A stretch of DNA of 59,067 nt, counting the filler, from Dugesia japonica (taxonomy: Eukaryota), in assembly GCA_001938525.1 (NCBI GenBank). It is 5 parts of 5 records of this genome, joined end to end, with 100 filler letters (N's around TTAATTAATTAA, not from the genome) between each part and the next. Parts side by side here need not be neighbours in the genome. Positions count along the whole stretch, not along the records: positions 33,905 to 42,795 come from MQRL01586913.1; positions 42,896 to 59,067 come from MQRL01633389.1; 3 more parts are not named here. One strand, 5' to 3'. A model generated the notes under the pieces. The model did no database searches and was not told the origin of the DNA. It was given only the letters and a program-made list of their open reading frames with translations. Positions 39,109 to 52,630 of this stretch are shown one piece after another. Each line of letters begins with the position of its first letter. Position 1 is the stretch's first letter. The position numbers and the translations under genes are program-made.

Positions 39109-41360
39109 NNNNNNNNNNNNNNNNNNNNNNNNNNNNNNNNNNNNNNNNNNNNNNNNNNNNNNNNNNNNNNNNNNNNNNNNNNNTCGATCATCAGTTTACG
39201 GGGCATAAAAGGTTGGATTATAATGATAATAAAAGAAATTGGAAAATACTTTTAATTTGGTCCGATTAAGTCTGGTTGAGATGGTTACAATAAATTTTTA
39301 AAATTTCTAAAATTCTTTATGCAACTTAAAAGAAAATCTTTTTAAAAGTAAAATTCTGTCTGCGTTTTTAATGTTTCGTCATTTTATTATTATTTTCTAA
39401 CTCGAGATTGGGTCTACTCATTCGCCGGCTAATCATAATAGTTATTTTTCTAATCTGGCTTTCTGGTTGGGTGTCGCCGACTTACACTTATGTGTGCACT
39501 TCTGCCTTTAATTTTATTTTAAAATTAAGAATATAGCCTTCGTATATTCAGTATAATCGCATTAATCTTTGTTTGAATAATACAGACTGAATAAANNNNN
39601 NNNNNNNNNNNNNNNNNNNNNNNNNNNNNNNNNNNNNNNNNNNNNNNNNNNNNNNNNNNNNNNNNNNNNNNNNNNNNNNNNNNNNNNNNNNNNNNNNNNN
39701 NNNNNNNNNNNNNNNNNNNNNNNNNNNNNNNNNNNNNNNNNNNNNNNNNNNNNNNNNNNNNNNNNNNNNNNNNNNNNNNNNNNNNNNNNNNNNNNNATAA
39801 TCATAATAATAATAATAAAAATAACATCTGAAACAAACAATCTTTATTTAATAAAGTAAAGTGAAATATTCTCATTTAAAGTTTAGTTAATAATCTAATT
39901 TAGGCTGCAATCAAATCAGATAATAATTGATTATAATTAATTTCTTCGACACATTTTCCTTTGAAAAACTCTGTAGAATTATGCAGAAAATCAATTTCAG
40001 ACACTGGAGCTGGGTATGGATTTATACGCCAATTGATGAAATAGAGAAAATGGCTGTAATCTATCAAATCCGGATCAGCAACGGTAATACATCTGAATTA
40101 GAATTATGAAATATGTTTACAATCAACTAAATAATTACTGATCAAGCAAGGACTGCAAAAGATCTTGCGACACTGGAACATGAAACAATCGACAAATCTT
40201 TTTCATTTCAGCGCGATTTAAACAACCCTCACCACTTTTATCTGAGTTGGTAAACGCAATTTTCATTTGAGAAAATTCTTCAAAATTAACTTTTCTGAGC
40301 TGCTGTTGAATGACACCAATAAGAGCAGAAAGATTGACTTCTTTGGGCAGTCTAAAAATAGATAAATATTTATATTGAATTATTTTTATAAAAATAATTG
40401 TAATGACGACAATAGATTATGAAATAGTTATTAATACAACACCAAATAAATCATAAGTAACCGAATATAATTTACAATCACTATTCTAATTTTGATTTTA
40501 ATATTATTAATAATCTGAGATTGTGAGATGTGCCTAAACATTTTCATCGGAGAAAAAGGGATAATTTTAGTCTTCCTATTAAACGGTTATTAAAGTAACA
40601 TTTCAAAATACTAATTACTCACAATCACTAGAGCACTGAAATCTTTTGAATAAATGTGATTTGATTATGCAAAATCGCTATGATAATTGATTGAGATATC
40701 ACCTAAATATTTTTCGCGGTCAATTCAAATGCGATAAATTCTGTACATGGTATAACAGCCATACACCATTGTGTTACTTTGTTGTTAATCAGGATCATTG
40801 TTACCAAAAATCAATAATATACTCATGATCGGACCAAACGGATTCAACATTTTTGTTCATCAATATTTTTGTTTCAAAACAACCGCTAATATTGGTGGCC
40901 TCCCAATTCTAATTCTTAAATTGAAATCCATTCGTGAGTATAAAATTATACTTGACCACTATTATATTTTAATTGATCTCAATTTAGTGCTAAATACCAA
41001 AAAACTGACTTTTCACATAGTTTAAAAACGCAACATATTAGTGGGAAAATTCAAAAATAAACTTTTACAAAGAAACTTATTAGGAGATCTATAAATTTCT
41101 AAATTTTTTAAAGTTTTTTTTACAAAACACCCACAGAAAATTGAAATTAAAAATGAAAAATCTTTGAACATATTTTAAATTCAAAAAAATTTAAGATAAA
41201 AATTTTAAAATGTAAATTTATTTATTTTATATCTTGTATTTGAATAAAATTTAATATGGACACACTTAGTAATTCTGATTTCTACTCTCAAACGCTCACG
41301 AGCCATTCTTTGAACAATTTGATTTTTGAATACTAACTTATTTATCCTCTTTGATTATAT

Positions 41361-42519
41361 ATAGAATTGGAACGAAAGTCTTGTCCGATAGAAAATAATA
41401 TTTATTTAACCAATAAAGACAAAATGTAAATTGAGAAATATATGCAAAACATCANNNNNNNNNNNNNNNNNNNNNNNNNNNNNNNNNNNNNNNNNNNNNN
41501 NNNNNNNNNNNNNNNNNNNNNNNNNNNNNNNNNNNNNNNNNNNNNNNNNNNNNNNNNNNNNNNNNNNNNNNNNNNNNNNNNNNNNNNNNNNNNNNAGAAG
41601 AAGATTAACTCCGTGCTTGGCACCGGTACTGTGTCTGCGAGAAACTGCCAGCGAACAATTGCAAAATTCATTGTTGGTAATTTCGTCGTTGATGATGAAG
41701 AGAGAAGTGGGCGACTATTGGTTGAAGATGATGTAGAAGATTGAATCAAAGAGGTTCTGACGTACGATAAATATGCTACATCTCGTAATATGGCAGAAGA
41801 GCTGTCGTTGTCTCAAACAACAATACTCCGACACTTGCACAAAATGGGAAAGCAATACTGGCAAACAGATGGTTGCCACATTTTTTGTCAGATGAAAATA
41901 AAGCCAACGTGGAAAGAATTTATGGCCAATTGTTGGCTATGCACCAACGGAACGACTTTCTCAACGGTGGATGAGGCTTGGGTATATTGGGACAATGCCA
42001 ATCGATTTTATCACGACCGATCTTGGTATGGTGCCGTTGATCAACCTACAACATCAATTCGTCGATGTTTGACAGCACAAAAGCACCTTGCAACTATTTT
42101 TTGGGACGTGAAAGTAATTCTCTTGTGTGATGTACTTCCTCAAGGAAAAAATATAAACGCAGAAATTTACTGCACTCAGTTGCTGAGATCGGTTTTACAG
42201 TATTGGCACATCCACCATACTCCCCAGACCTTTCCCCATCCGACTATTACGTGTTTTCTCCTATGAAAAACTCAATTCGTGGGAAAACTTATCTCTCTGC
42301 TGAAGAAGTTAACGATGATTTGGAAAACGGATTAGCTTCAAAACCTGCAGAATTCTATGCTAACGGCATAAAACAACTTCCAGAACGCTGGTAAAAGTGT
42401 GCGGACCTTAAAGGTGACTATTTTCAACATTTTAGATCCACTGACGAGTGATGTTTTGTTTATATTTCTCAATTTACATGTTGTCTTTATTGGTTAAATA
42501 AATATTATTTTCTATCGGA
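41361..42519 (+). mobile_element. mariner (DD34D) DNA transposon, frameshifted
   Basis: DDEERSGR, TVDEAWVY, HPPYSPDLSPSDY, GIKQLPERW. Near-perfect inverted repeats 41384-41441 / 42461-42519; right tip lies in a gap. Confidence 0.92.
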
Positions 42520-44850
42520 NNNNNNNNNNNNNNNNNNNNNNNNNNNNNNNNNNNNNNNNNAAGTATTTCTAATTGCAATACAAAGGTTATTAAAGTTGGA
42601 TTTTGTTCATATTTATTTTTTCTTTTGATAATTCATTTTAATTTTTGAATATTCAAAATCATTTTATTCCCACTTAAGAAACCTTTAATAATCTTTGAAT
42701 TCCTCTTTAAATAAATTAAAATAAGTTTTCATTAAAATAAGATAAGGCTTCGATCAAAACAAAACAAAATTTATTTGTAAAAAAAAGTTCAAATTNNNNN
42801 NNNNNNNNNNNNNNNNNNNNNNNNNNNNNNNNNNNNNNNTTAATTAATTAANNNNNNNNNNNNNNNNNNNNNNNNNNNNNNNNNNNNNNNNNNNNATTGC
42901 TATAGACCTGTTGGACATAGTATGTATTTTTTTAATTTTATGATAATATTAATGTAAATTTCAATGTAAATATCAATGTTTGGTAAAGCTTCTTTGTTAA
43001 ACATGAATGTCTTTTGCATTTCTTTTGTTTAACCAACATCAGTATTACATATTCATTGTTGAACTTGATATACAAATTAAAATTATTCATATGCACACTT
43101 CTGAATAAGTTCTATGTAATCTTTGTTTAAGTTTTTATGATGTAATTATTGAATATATTAAGGTTAATTTTATCAAATGTTTTATATAGTGAATATGGTT
43201 TAGTGTGTATTGATAATTAATTTATCCTACTTACATATGGATTACACATTGACTTATATTTGTGTAAATTTTTTCTAAGTTTATTTTAAGTTTTCAAATG
43301 TTTTGTATTTTAAAGTGTGTTTATTTTCTGTTATTTATTTAACATGGAGTTTTCTTTTTTTAGTTATTTATTTAATTTAAGATTTTTATTTTATTTAATT
43401 GGTAGATAATGTTTCTTTTAGGTATTTATAATTATGACTTTTGTTTTATATAAATAATAAAAAATAATAACAAAAACATTTCTTATAAAATCTTTCGAAT
43501 TTTCTAAATAGGAGAGGTAAGCTTTCTATTATTTGAGTTAATGTTGTCACTAATTTTCTTGACTATTTGTATTTCCACTTAGATCATGTATTTTTCGGAT
43601 TTTTCAAATACGGTTTTTTAGAATCATTGTGATTCATAAAAACTGTATCCTTTATTGAAATTGATGGTTCAATTGTTTGGAATAATAAATTCTAAATATT
43701 CATATCATTAGAATTTATATCGAATATAAAGAAACTAAAAGTAGATCGTTGTATCTTCACAGGTTTCTTAGTAAAAATATTAAATAATAAAATAATTAAA
43801 AACAATTACTTGAAAAGAATCTATTATTGGTCTCTTGAAGAATTTCATTTAGATTCCATGAAATTCCGTAGGCTTTCCATAATTTTCAATTATAGACATA
43901 ACATTATCTTTTGTTAAATTTCAGCCGATTACATATTAAAATAATTAAAATAAATTAAATTGTTTTGTTTTTATATTCATGATTATTATTCATGTTATGA
44001 TAAACACATAAAATCAGATAACGTCATGCAATACAGACACAATCAACCCTATAAAGTCAAATAATACATGCAATATGCACAATAGAGTGTTAAACACATT
44101 AAACAAATGGGTATTATACACACTATAAATCCTATAAGGTCTTATACATGCTATAAACACTTAGACATAGGAAACTAATAGGTCTTATCCGTACTATAAA
44201 CCCAATAGAGTTATATAATACACATAATACAAACAATATAGTCACTTAAATACATGTGATAATTCCTATAAAGTAATAAACAAACATAATACACTCAATA
44301 TAGTCATATAATACATACAAATAACTCAATTGAACTAGTTAAAACAATATAATAAACCCCATACATACAGTTAAATACAAACAATCAACCATAAATAGTC
44401 ATTAAGTACATAGAATAATATCATTATATACGATTAAATACACGCAATAAATTCAAGAGTCATATAATACACATAATATTAAAGGCTCCAGGGGGAATAT
44501 TAAAATTTATTACATATTTATCCGAGTGTGCATCATAAATACATGTTAAGCAATGAAAATGTAAAATAAAAAAAGAGTTGATATAAACTTTACATCTGAT
44601 TAGTAATGCCTTTGTATAATATTATAGGCGATATGATTGAAAATATAACTTCATCGGTTCAATGTAATAATAATGATTTTAATTAAAATTAAATTAAATT
44701 ATAACGTTATCGATTATGTAATAATTAAATTTCATACGCGATTAATTTTGAAATGCAAAAAGAATACAGAAATGCATTTGCTAAGCAGTTTAAATAAAGA
44801 CATATTGATTTGTCACTGGATAATATTTTTAAATACAAAATAATATTAAT

Positions 44851-44910
<60 letters not shown>

Positions 44911-46759
44911 NNNNNNNNNNNNNNNNNNNNNNNNNNNNNNNNNNNNNNNNNNNNNNNNNNTAATAATAATAATAATAATTTTCCTAAAAATGGAAGTTTT
45001 CTAATAAACTATAATCACCAAAAAAATGTTACCATTGCTTGCTTATTGAATTTATATGCGACAGCGTGCTTCCATTGAAATTTATCCGGATTTATTTTTA
45101 TTTGTAAAAAAAACAAATGAAATGAGAACTTTTTTTATTATTATATATAATCAATCATATTATATTATTATTGGTTCGTCTTTAATTTGTTACTATGCTT
45201 CATATGTGTTGGAAAAGAAATAAAATAATAAACAAAGACCTGCAGTTGGAATGTAAGTTTTAAGAAATATATTGATAAATGACGTGATCTTGAGGAAAAA
45301 AAACTTTTAAAATATTTTTTTAAAGTAATGTTTTTCCGTGGGGGGTTATGGTGTCTTTGTTCTGCCTTAGAAAAATTTTCAGGTAGAATTATGACTCATC
45401 AAAGAAAAAAACGTCCAAAAAAAATTTTAAGGAAAAAATTTGAAAAAAAAATAAAAAAATTTGAAAAAACAGTAAGAAGGGTAAAAAAGGTTGGCGTTGC
45501 CAAATGGAGCGGAGTCCAAAAGTGGACGAGGTTATGACTCATTGGGGNTAACCTCCTTGAGGGTCGCTGGTTTGGTGCGTTTATATCTACNAGTGTGTAA
45601 TGTTAAATGATAAATAGTTATTAGCTTTCGACAAAACAAACATTTCTTTCCCGAATCGACAAGCATCACAAGTGTAAGGTGAGGTACATCATTGTCTGGA
45701 TGAACTCTGGAAAGAAGGTCAAGTAGCAAATGAAGTGTAATGATTACGTGTTTGCTTTAGGTATGACGCTAAGACAATGTGAACATTGAAGAGAATCATT
45801 TAAGAAAGAAATTAAAAATGGAGATAATGACCTCTAACATAAATAGCCTAAAATCCTAGCAAAAAACTATTTATGTTTAGATGTGACTGCATTAAAAACG
45901 TATTAACCTTATTTGTCATCTCATTTTTGTTTGAACGATACCAAATGTGACATAGTTTAAAAGAAATTCATTTTATTACGGTTCGAAATATATCAAGATC
46001 GTCTAAGCAATATGCCTAGCAAAGTTGTAGCCACTAGTAAAACAGCGTCAATCCAAATATCAATAAAACAATCAAAATTGTAAAATACTAGTCGAAAATA
46101 TTTATTTCGAAAATATTGTAATTTAAAAGTGGCCGACCGTAGTGAGGGGTACTGGTCAGCATGTTCCGATACATGCTGTTCACACCCAAATTAATTTTAT
46201 ATTATGTTTAATATCAATTTCCTTTCAAACTATTATTTATTTGTAATCATCTAAAAATATACAGTTCTTAAAATTTATATTTCGTCTTTAAAATAATATA
46301 TTTATTTCAAGTTAAAAATCTGTAAACGACTGTTGTGTCAACATCCGATTTGTAGTTAGTAAACTGAGATGTATAATTTACAACAAATGGATTTTGGTAT
46401 AATCAAGACACATTTAAGTAATTACTGGTGGTTATAATATCAATTTTATAATTAAATTTTTATTTTTATTATTAATATTAATATAATAATTATTATTGTA
46501 TTATTATAATTATTCTAATTATTAATTTACTTATTATTACTAATATTATTATTATTATTAGCATCATTATTTTTATTAATATTATTATCATTATTATTAT
46601 TATTATTATTATTATTGTGAGATTTACAAATTTCTATATAATATATAGAATTTAAATTAGTTTCAAAAATAATAATTTAATGATTTGAAATAAAAAATAG
46701 TTTAGATAANNNNNNNNNNNNNNNNNNNNNNNNNNNNNNNNNNNNNNNNNNNNNNNNNN

Positions 46760-46818
<59 letters not shown>

Positions 46819-47024
46819 TATTATTATTGTAAGATTTACAAATTTCTATATAATATATAGAATTTAAATTAGTTTGAAAAATAATAATTTAATGATTTGA
46901 AATAAAAAATAGTTTAGGTAAATTTCGAATGTTGCATTTAACGTATGGTGAATCATTTTACCAGAAGACGATAAAATCCTTAAATGAATGTGTTGTTTTA
47001 TTATTGTTATTTTGCTATTTTATT

Positions 47025-49420
47025 GTGTGAATTTTCGAAAATAGATATTTTTATCGGAATTCGGTTTTTCTATGAATTCTTTAAACCTAAAAAATAATAA
47101 TTCTAACATGCGATCACGTTATTGGCAAATTTTATAAAACCTCCAGAAACGTTTGAAATCGGAAAGGAGGTTAACCAGTTTATCAAGGATTTCGATCGAT
47201 TCTTTGACCTCGCTATGATTGACGAAAATTATAAAGAAATTTATATAAGAGCTAAATATTTCTCGACTATTGATTTAGGTAACGCGTATTATCAAGTGGA
47301 GCTTGAAAAAGATTCAAGATTGAAAACAGCCTTCTCCACGAAAAACAAACTATATTGTTTCAACAGGATGCCATTTGGTATTGCAGCAGCACCTGGANCA
47401 TTCCAGAAACTTATGAATAAAGTTCTTGGAGAATTGAATTGGATAGATATAGTTGTCTACCTAGGTGACACTCATATTTTTGAAAACATTAGAATAACAT
47501 TATCAATCCATAGAAAAAGTATTCTAGAAGATACACAATCAGGTTTAAAAATTAGTCCATCTAAATGTCATTTTAAGAAAGATTATATCACATTTTGCGG
47601 CCATATAATAAGTAAATGGGATTGAAACTGATCCAGAGAAAATAAAAACTATAAAAGAATTTAAAAGACCAAAATGCTTTAAGAAATTACTCAGTTTTTT
47701 GGGTTTAGCAATCTATTACAGAAAATCTTTTATGAATATACAAAATACGCAAAATCTTTGGAAAGTTTATGTAGAAGTAATCAAAAGAAATTAATCTAGA
47801 CTGAAGAATCTGATAAAAGCTTTCAAAAATTAAAATATATATTAAGTTCTACTCCAGTGTTGGCCTATCCAAATTTCGAGTAAACCTTCATACTAGATAC
47901 AGATTCTAGCTTTAAAAGAATTGGAGCTGTATTATCTTAGTTTACAAGATGGTAAAGAAAGAGTTATCGCATACGGATCACATACAATGAGCAAGCATGA
48001 ATTGGGTTACTGCATAACCAAAAAATAGTTATTAGCTATATATTTCTTTACAAATCAATTAAAACATTACCTGTATGGAAAACGATTTATCTTACGGACA
48101 GATCATAAACTATTACATTTATGATTAAAACAAAGAAAACCACTTACACCCCAATTCCAAACGTGGATGAATTATTTAAGTAGCTTAGATATTGATATAC
48201 AATACCGAAGAGGAGAACTACATAGAAATGCAGATACAATGTCAGGAAGTGAATGTCCGTCATGTGTGCAATGCCAAATGATACACCCAGACCCAAAATT
48301 TGGTAACTTAAAGACAAAGATATTAGCTATGATAACTGATGAGCAAGTAAATATTTGATTCAATGGAAATGATTCAATAGAAACTAGTCATATTATAAAT
48401 GATAAAATCAAGACAATCGGTAAGACAAAATTTAAAATTGATAATGGTGTTGTAAAAACTAGTCTTAAGAAAATATGGACCCATGAGGATAAAAGAGAAG
48501 AATTAATTTTAAACTATCACAAGAAAGTATGTCATGGAGGACATAAAAAAGTTCAAAAATATATTAAAAATAATTTTGATATGAAAGATATAACAAATAT
48601 AATAAGAAATATTGTATAAACTTGTGAAAATTGTCAGAAAACAAAAGTTTTTACAGGTAGAACTAAAGAAAATATAAAATCGCCAGATGAAGTAAAACTA
48701 TTTGAATCAATTTTCATTGATTTTTGTGGACCACTCCAAAAAAATAGTTATAATGAAAAAAAATTCTTGGTAATTAGCAAATATGTTTCATTACATGCAG
48801 TCAGCAATCAGGACGAAAAAAACTACATCATTAATAGTAAGAAATCAATGGATCTTAAAATATGGAGCAACTAGAATAATTAACACAGACATAGGCAAAA
48901 CGTTTAAAAGTAAAATGATAAAAGAATTATTTGATATGCATAAAAGTAAAATGAATTTTTCTAGCCCATATCACCATGCTGCCAATGGTCAGATTGAAAG
49001 ACAATTCAGAACGATTCGAGATGCAATTCAAATATGCCTGAAAGATAAAATGCATAGAAATTGGGTTGAGTTATTACCAGAAGTCAAATTCATGGTAAAT
49101 TCAACAATTCAAAAAAATATTAACAAAACACCAGCTGAAATAGTATATGGAAAAAATATTTTTCTAGAATGGATAGAGACAAATAGTAACATCAAAGAAA
49201 ACAGCAAAACACAAAGAAAATTTAACACTGGAGATTTAGTTTTANNNNNNNNNNNNNNNNGCAATAAAGATGATGATATATAGGATGGCCCAGGAACAAT
49301 AACAAAACAAGTTCATGAAAGAAGTTTTGAGATTAAAATGCCTAATGAAAGATCTTTGATACGAAATATTGAATGGCTAAAACCTTAAAAAAGGGAGATG
49401 TGAGATTTAGATACTTCAAG
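47025..49420 (+). mobile_element. Internally deleted Gypsy element (gag start fused to RT, RNase H, integrase, PPT, start of 3' LTR)
   Basis: KYFSTIDLGNAYYQV, RMPFGIAAAPG.FQ, VYLGD, ILDTDSS, TDHK, HKKVCH..CENC, IDFCGPL, SPYHHAANGQIER. PPT AAAAAAGGGAGA at 49387-49398, then TGTGAG at 49399. LTR-end-like TCTAACA ends at 47108. Confidence 0.9.
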
Positions 49421-50650
49421 AATGTGTCCTTTCACTTCAATTGATACAATTGGTAAATTAATAAATCAATTAAGAAAATAAAACCATTTAAGATAATTTA
49501 ATCTTGTACCAAAGAAAATAACCTTTCCTTATTAATGTTATTAAAATATTAATCAAGTAATTCAATTATTAAAAGGTAATAATATTCCATCAAAAGAAGA
49601 TTTTAATAATAACCTAAAACAACAAAAAATAACTGAAGAAGAATATAATGAATTTATACAACGTTTTAATCAATTTAGACATTTATTTCATTATATGATG
49701 TATTATATGGGATTAGATGTAATTATTTAAGCCGATTTCTTTGAAAACTTTAGAGAGATTTGTTTGAACAATTATCAAATAGATCCAAGCAATTGTTATT
49801 CTGAACCAGGATTAACATGGTCTGCAGGTATGAAATTTACTAAACAATAATTAAAATATGCAAAAGAAGACACATATAACACACTTTTAAAAATAGAAAG
49901 AGGAGTAAGATGTGGTTATTCAGGCGATGGTGGAAAAAGACAAGTTTTTAATCATAACAGTAATAAAAACAATGATTATAAAAAATAAATAATTCAAAAA
50001 AAGAAGATTTTTTTTTAAATTAATGAAAGAAGGAAAAACAATTTCAGAAGATTATTTTGAAGATACATTTATTAAATATTTAGATGAAAAGAGTCTTTGC
50101 GCATCCTGTATGTAAAAACATTTACCTAGAGGCAGAATTTATGAAGTTGAAGACTTAGAATATAAACCATCAACAGATAAAATAAATAACATTTATGAAG
50201 TGAATTTAGAATATCCTCCGGAAATACACGAAAATACAAAATACTTTCCTCTAGCACCAGATAGAATAAATATTACAGAAGAAATGTTGGAGCCATATCA
50301 ATTAAGTTTTGAAAAGAAATTATCCAAGAAAAATATTAAACTAACATTGAATCAATTTGATAAACAAAATTATATGGTTTTAGGAAGTAAGTTAGATTTG
50401 TATTTATCTTTTAGAATGAAAATTAAAAAAATTCATTCAAAATATATTATGCCAACAAAACCATTATAAAAAAATTATATACAATGTAACATTGATCAAA
50501 GAAATATATCAAAAAGAAATAATGATGTGTTTGTTGATTATTTTTTTTAAATTATTAAATAATGCTTTTTATGGTAAAACATTAGAAGATATTAAAAAAA
50601 AGATGCAATGTTGAAATAGTTGGAACAGACAAAGAATATCAAAAATTTGC
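49420..50650 (+). mobile_element. Polinton/Maverick protein-primed DNA polymerase B pseudogene
   Basis: PSKEDFNNNLKQQKITEEEY, LDV...ADFFENFREICLNNYQIDPSNCYSEPGLTWSAGMK, KYLDEKSL, YEVNLEYPPEIHENTKYFPLAP, KLLNNAFYGKTLED; multiple stops. Confidence 0.9.
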
Positions 50651-52630
50651 CAATAATAAAATAGACAAAGGAGTAGTAAATATAACCCAAAAAATCAAAA
50701 ACACAATTTAAAGATCCCGATAAAAATAAATAGTTTATTAAAAAAATACAAAAGTATTGCTGAAGTCACAGAAATTACTTGAAACGTTTCCTGCATAACA
50801 GAGCATGCTATCATAACTAATGGTAATCCAGTGCATGCAAAATTTTATTCAACTCGACCCTTACAAAACAGAAATAACGAAAACAATGTTTTCAAACTTG
50901 GAAAAAAGCAATATCGTCAAACGATTGAAATCAAACTGGTCATCCGCACTAATGATCAAACAGAAAGCAAACGGAGAATGGAGAGCCTGTGGTGATTACA
51001 GAATGGTTAACAAAATAATGGCACCGGACAATTACCCGTTACAAATTATCCCAGATATTATAAAAAAAATAAATAGGGGTCACGGTCTTTTCAAAAATTG
51101 ATTTGCAAAACGCATATCATCACATCCTAATCAGAAAAGAAGACAGCTATCGTCACACCAATAGGAATGTTCTAGTACATCATGAGTCAATTAAACCCTT
51201 TCAATATTTGCTGGAAGGAAGAAACTTGAAAATATATACGGACCACAAACCTTTCGTAAACGCAATGACTATGAAAACGCCATTCCAAAGACAGATACGT
51301 CAACTGAATTTTATTTCACAATTCAATTGCAAAATAAAGTACCTAGCCGGAGCATCAAACGGAGCAGCTGATACACTATCAAGAGTCAAAAGTGAGGTCA
51401 ATTTGATCAAATTTATTGACTGCTTTGACATTGAAGAAATCAGACAAAAACAAATAGAAACAATAAATGAATTACCGACAAAACACTCACTAAAAATCAA
51501 AAATAAATGATGTGTGGTACGATATGCAAAACGAAGGAAACGTAAGAATCCTTCTACCAAAATAATATAGAAAAACATATATAACTCGGATTCACAATTA
51601 CCATCATGTTGGAAACAAAGCAACATACGGGATGATTCATAGCAAGTAAATCTGGCCAAATAGGAGACAAGAAGTTAGGAAATTTGATAAAACTTGCCCA
51701 AACTGCCAGAAAAACAAAATAACAAAAATCTTAAAACTGATAAAATCAACTTCCCAGTAGCGAGGCATTTAATATTATACATGCGGATATAAAGGGACCA
51801 TTACCGCCAAACGACGTATACAGGTATTTACTTACAATTATCGACAGGAAAACAAACTTGTTTAAGTAATCTCATTGAAAGAAATATCTGCAACAAACAT
51901 TTGCAAAAATATAGAATAAATTAGTTTGATCGCTACGGACAACCAAAAACACCAAAATAACCTACTAAGGTAGACAATTTGAGTCTAAAACTATTCAAAC
52001 AAATGTGCGCTAGATACACCACAAAAAGTAAAAGTACTGCATACAACCCACAGTGCAACGGGAAGATAGAAAGATTTCACAGAACACTAAAACAAAGTCT
52101 GTGAACAATGACAAATGACAGAACATGAATCAAAAAATTGCCACAAACATTGATCGGATTACGAAATACCCCAAGCTCAACCAACAATCAAAGCCCATGC
52201 CAGATGGTAAGGGGAAAACAAACAATAATACCAAATAATAAAAGAAAAAAAACTACAGACATAGAAAAGACAGTAAACAACGACAACCAAACAAAACCAA
52301 AGGAACCAAAGAGTATCCTAAAGAAAAGTGAACCACAACCCCAAAAAAGGTCCCTACTACAAACTATGCATTAGTAAGTAACCTTACACAACAGACTTGG
52401 AATCAAAATATTCAGGCCCATACAAACTCCTAAAAATCGACAAAAATGTTGCAATCCTCATCATAAACGACAAGGAGACGAAAGTTAATTTAAGAAGAAT
52501 GAAACCATATCATAAACCCAAACAAACAAAATATGTGACATTCAACGCACAAAATCAAACAAAGTTGTTTATAAAAAACACACCGATAATACAATCAAAT
52601 GTTAACGTAATAAATCCAACAAAATAAAAT
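50650..52630 (+). mobile_element. Second Gypsy lineage (CsRn1-like) pol remnant with internal deletion
   Basis: WSSAL...GEWRACGDYRMVN, DLQNAYHHI, KPFQYLLEGRNLKIYTDHKP, HADIKGPLPP..YRYLLTIIDR, AYNPQCNGKIERFHRTLK, YSGPYKLL. Confidence 0.85.

Noticed and set aside
39981-40260. Exon-like GC-richer segment after TTTCAG, candidate PPP1R16 exon 2
   Set aside because: No ankyrin motif in the frames read, and early stops.
42896-43900. Possible PLE RT remnant on the minus strand
   Set aside because: Too decayed to support a call.
43990-44480. Degenerate ~30-bp A/C-rich periodicity
   Set aside because: No stable unit could be defined; treated as old low-complexity satellite.
46600-46918. ~100-bp direct duplication around an (ATT)n tract and gap
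   Set aside because: Gap-flanking near-identical copies; probably allelic overlap.
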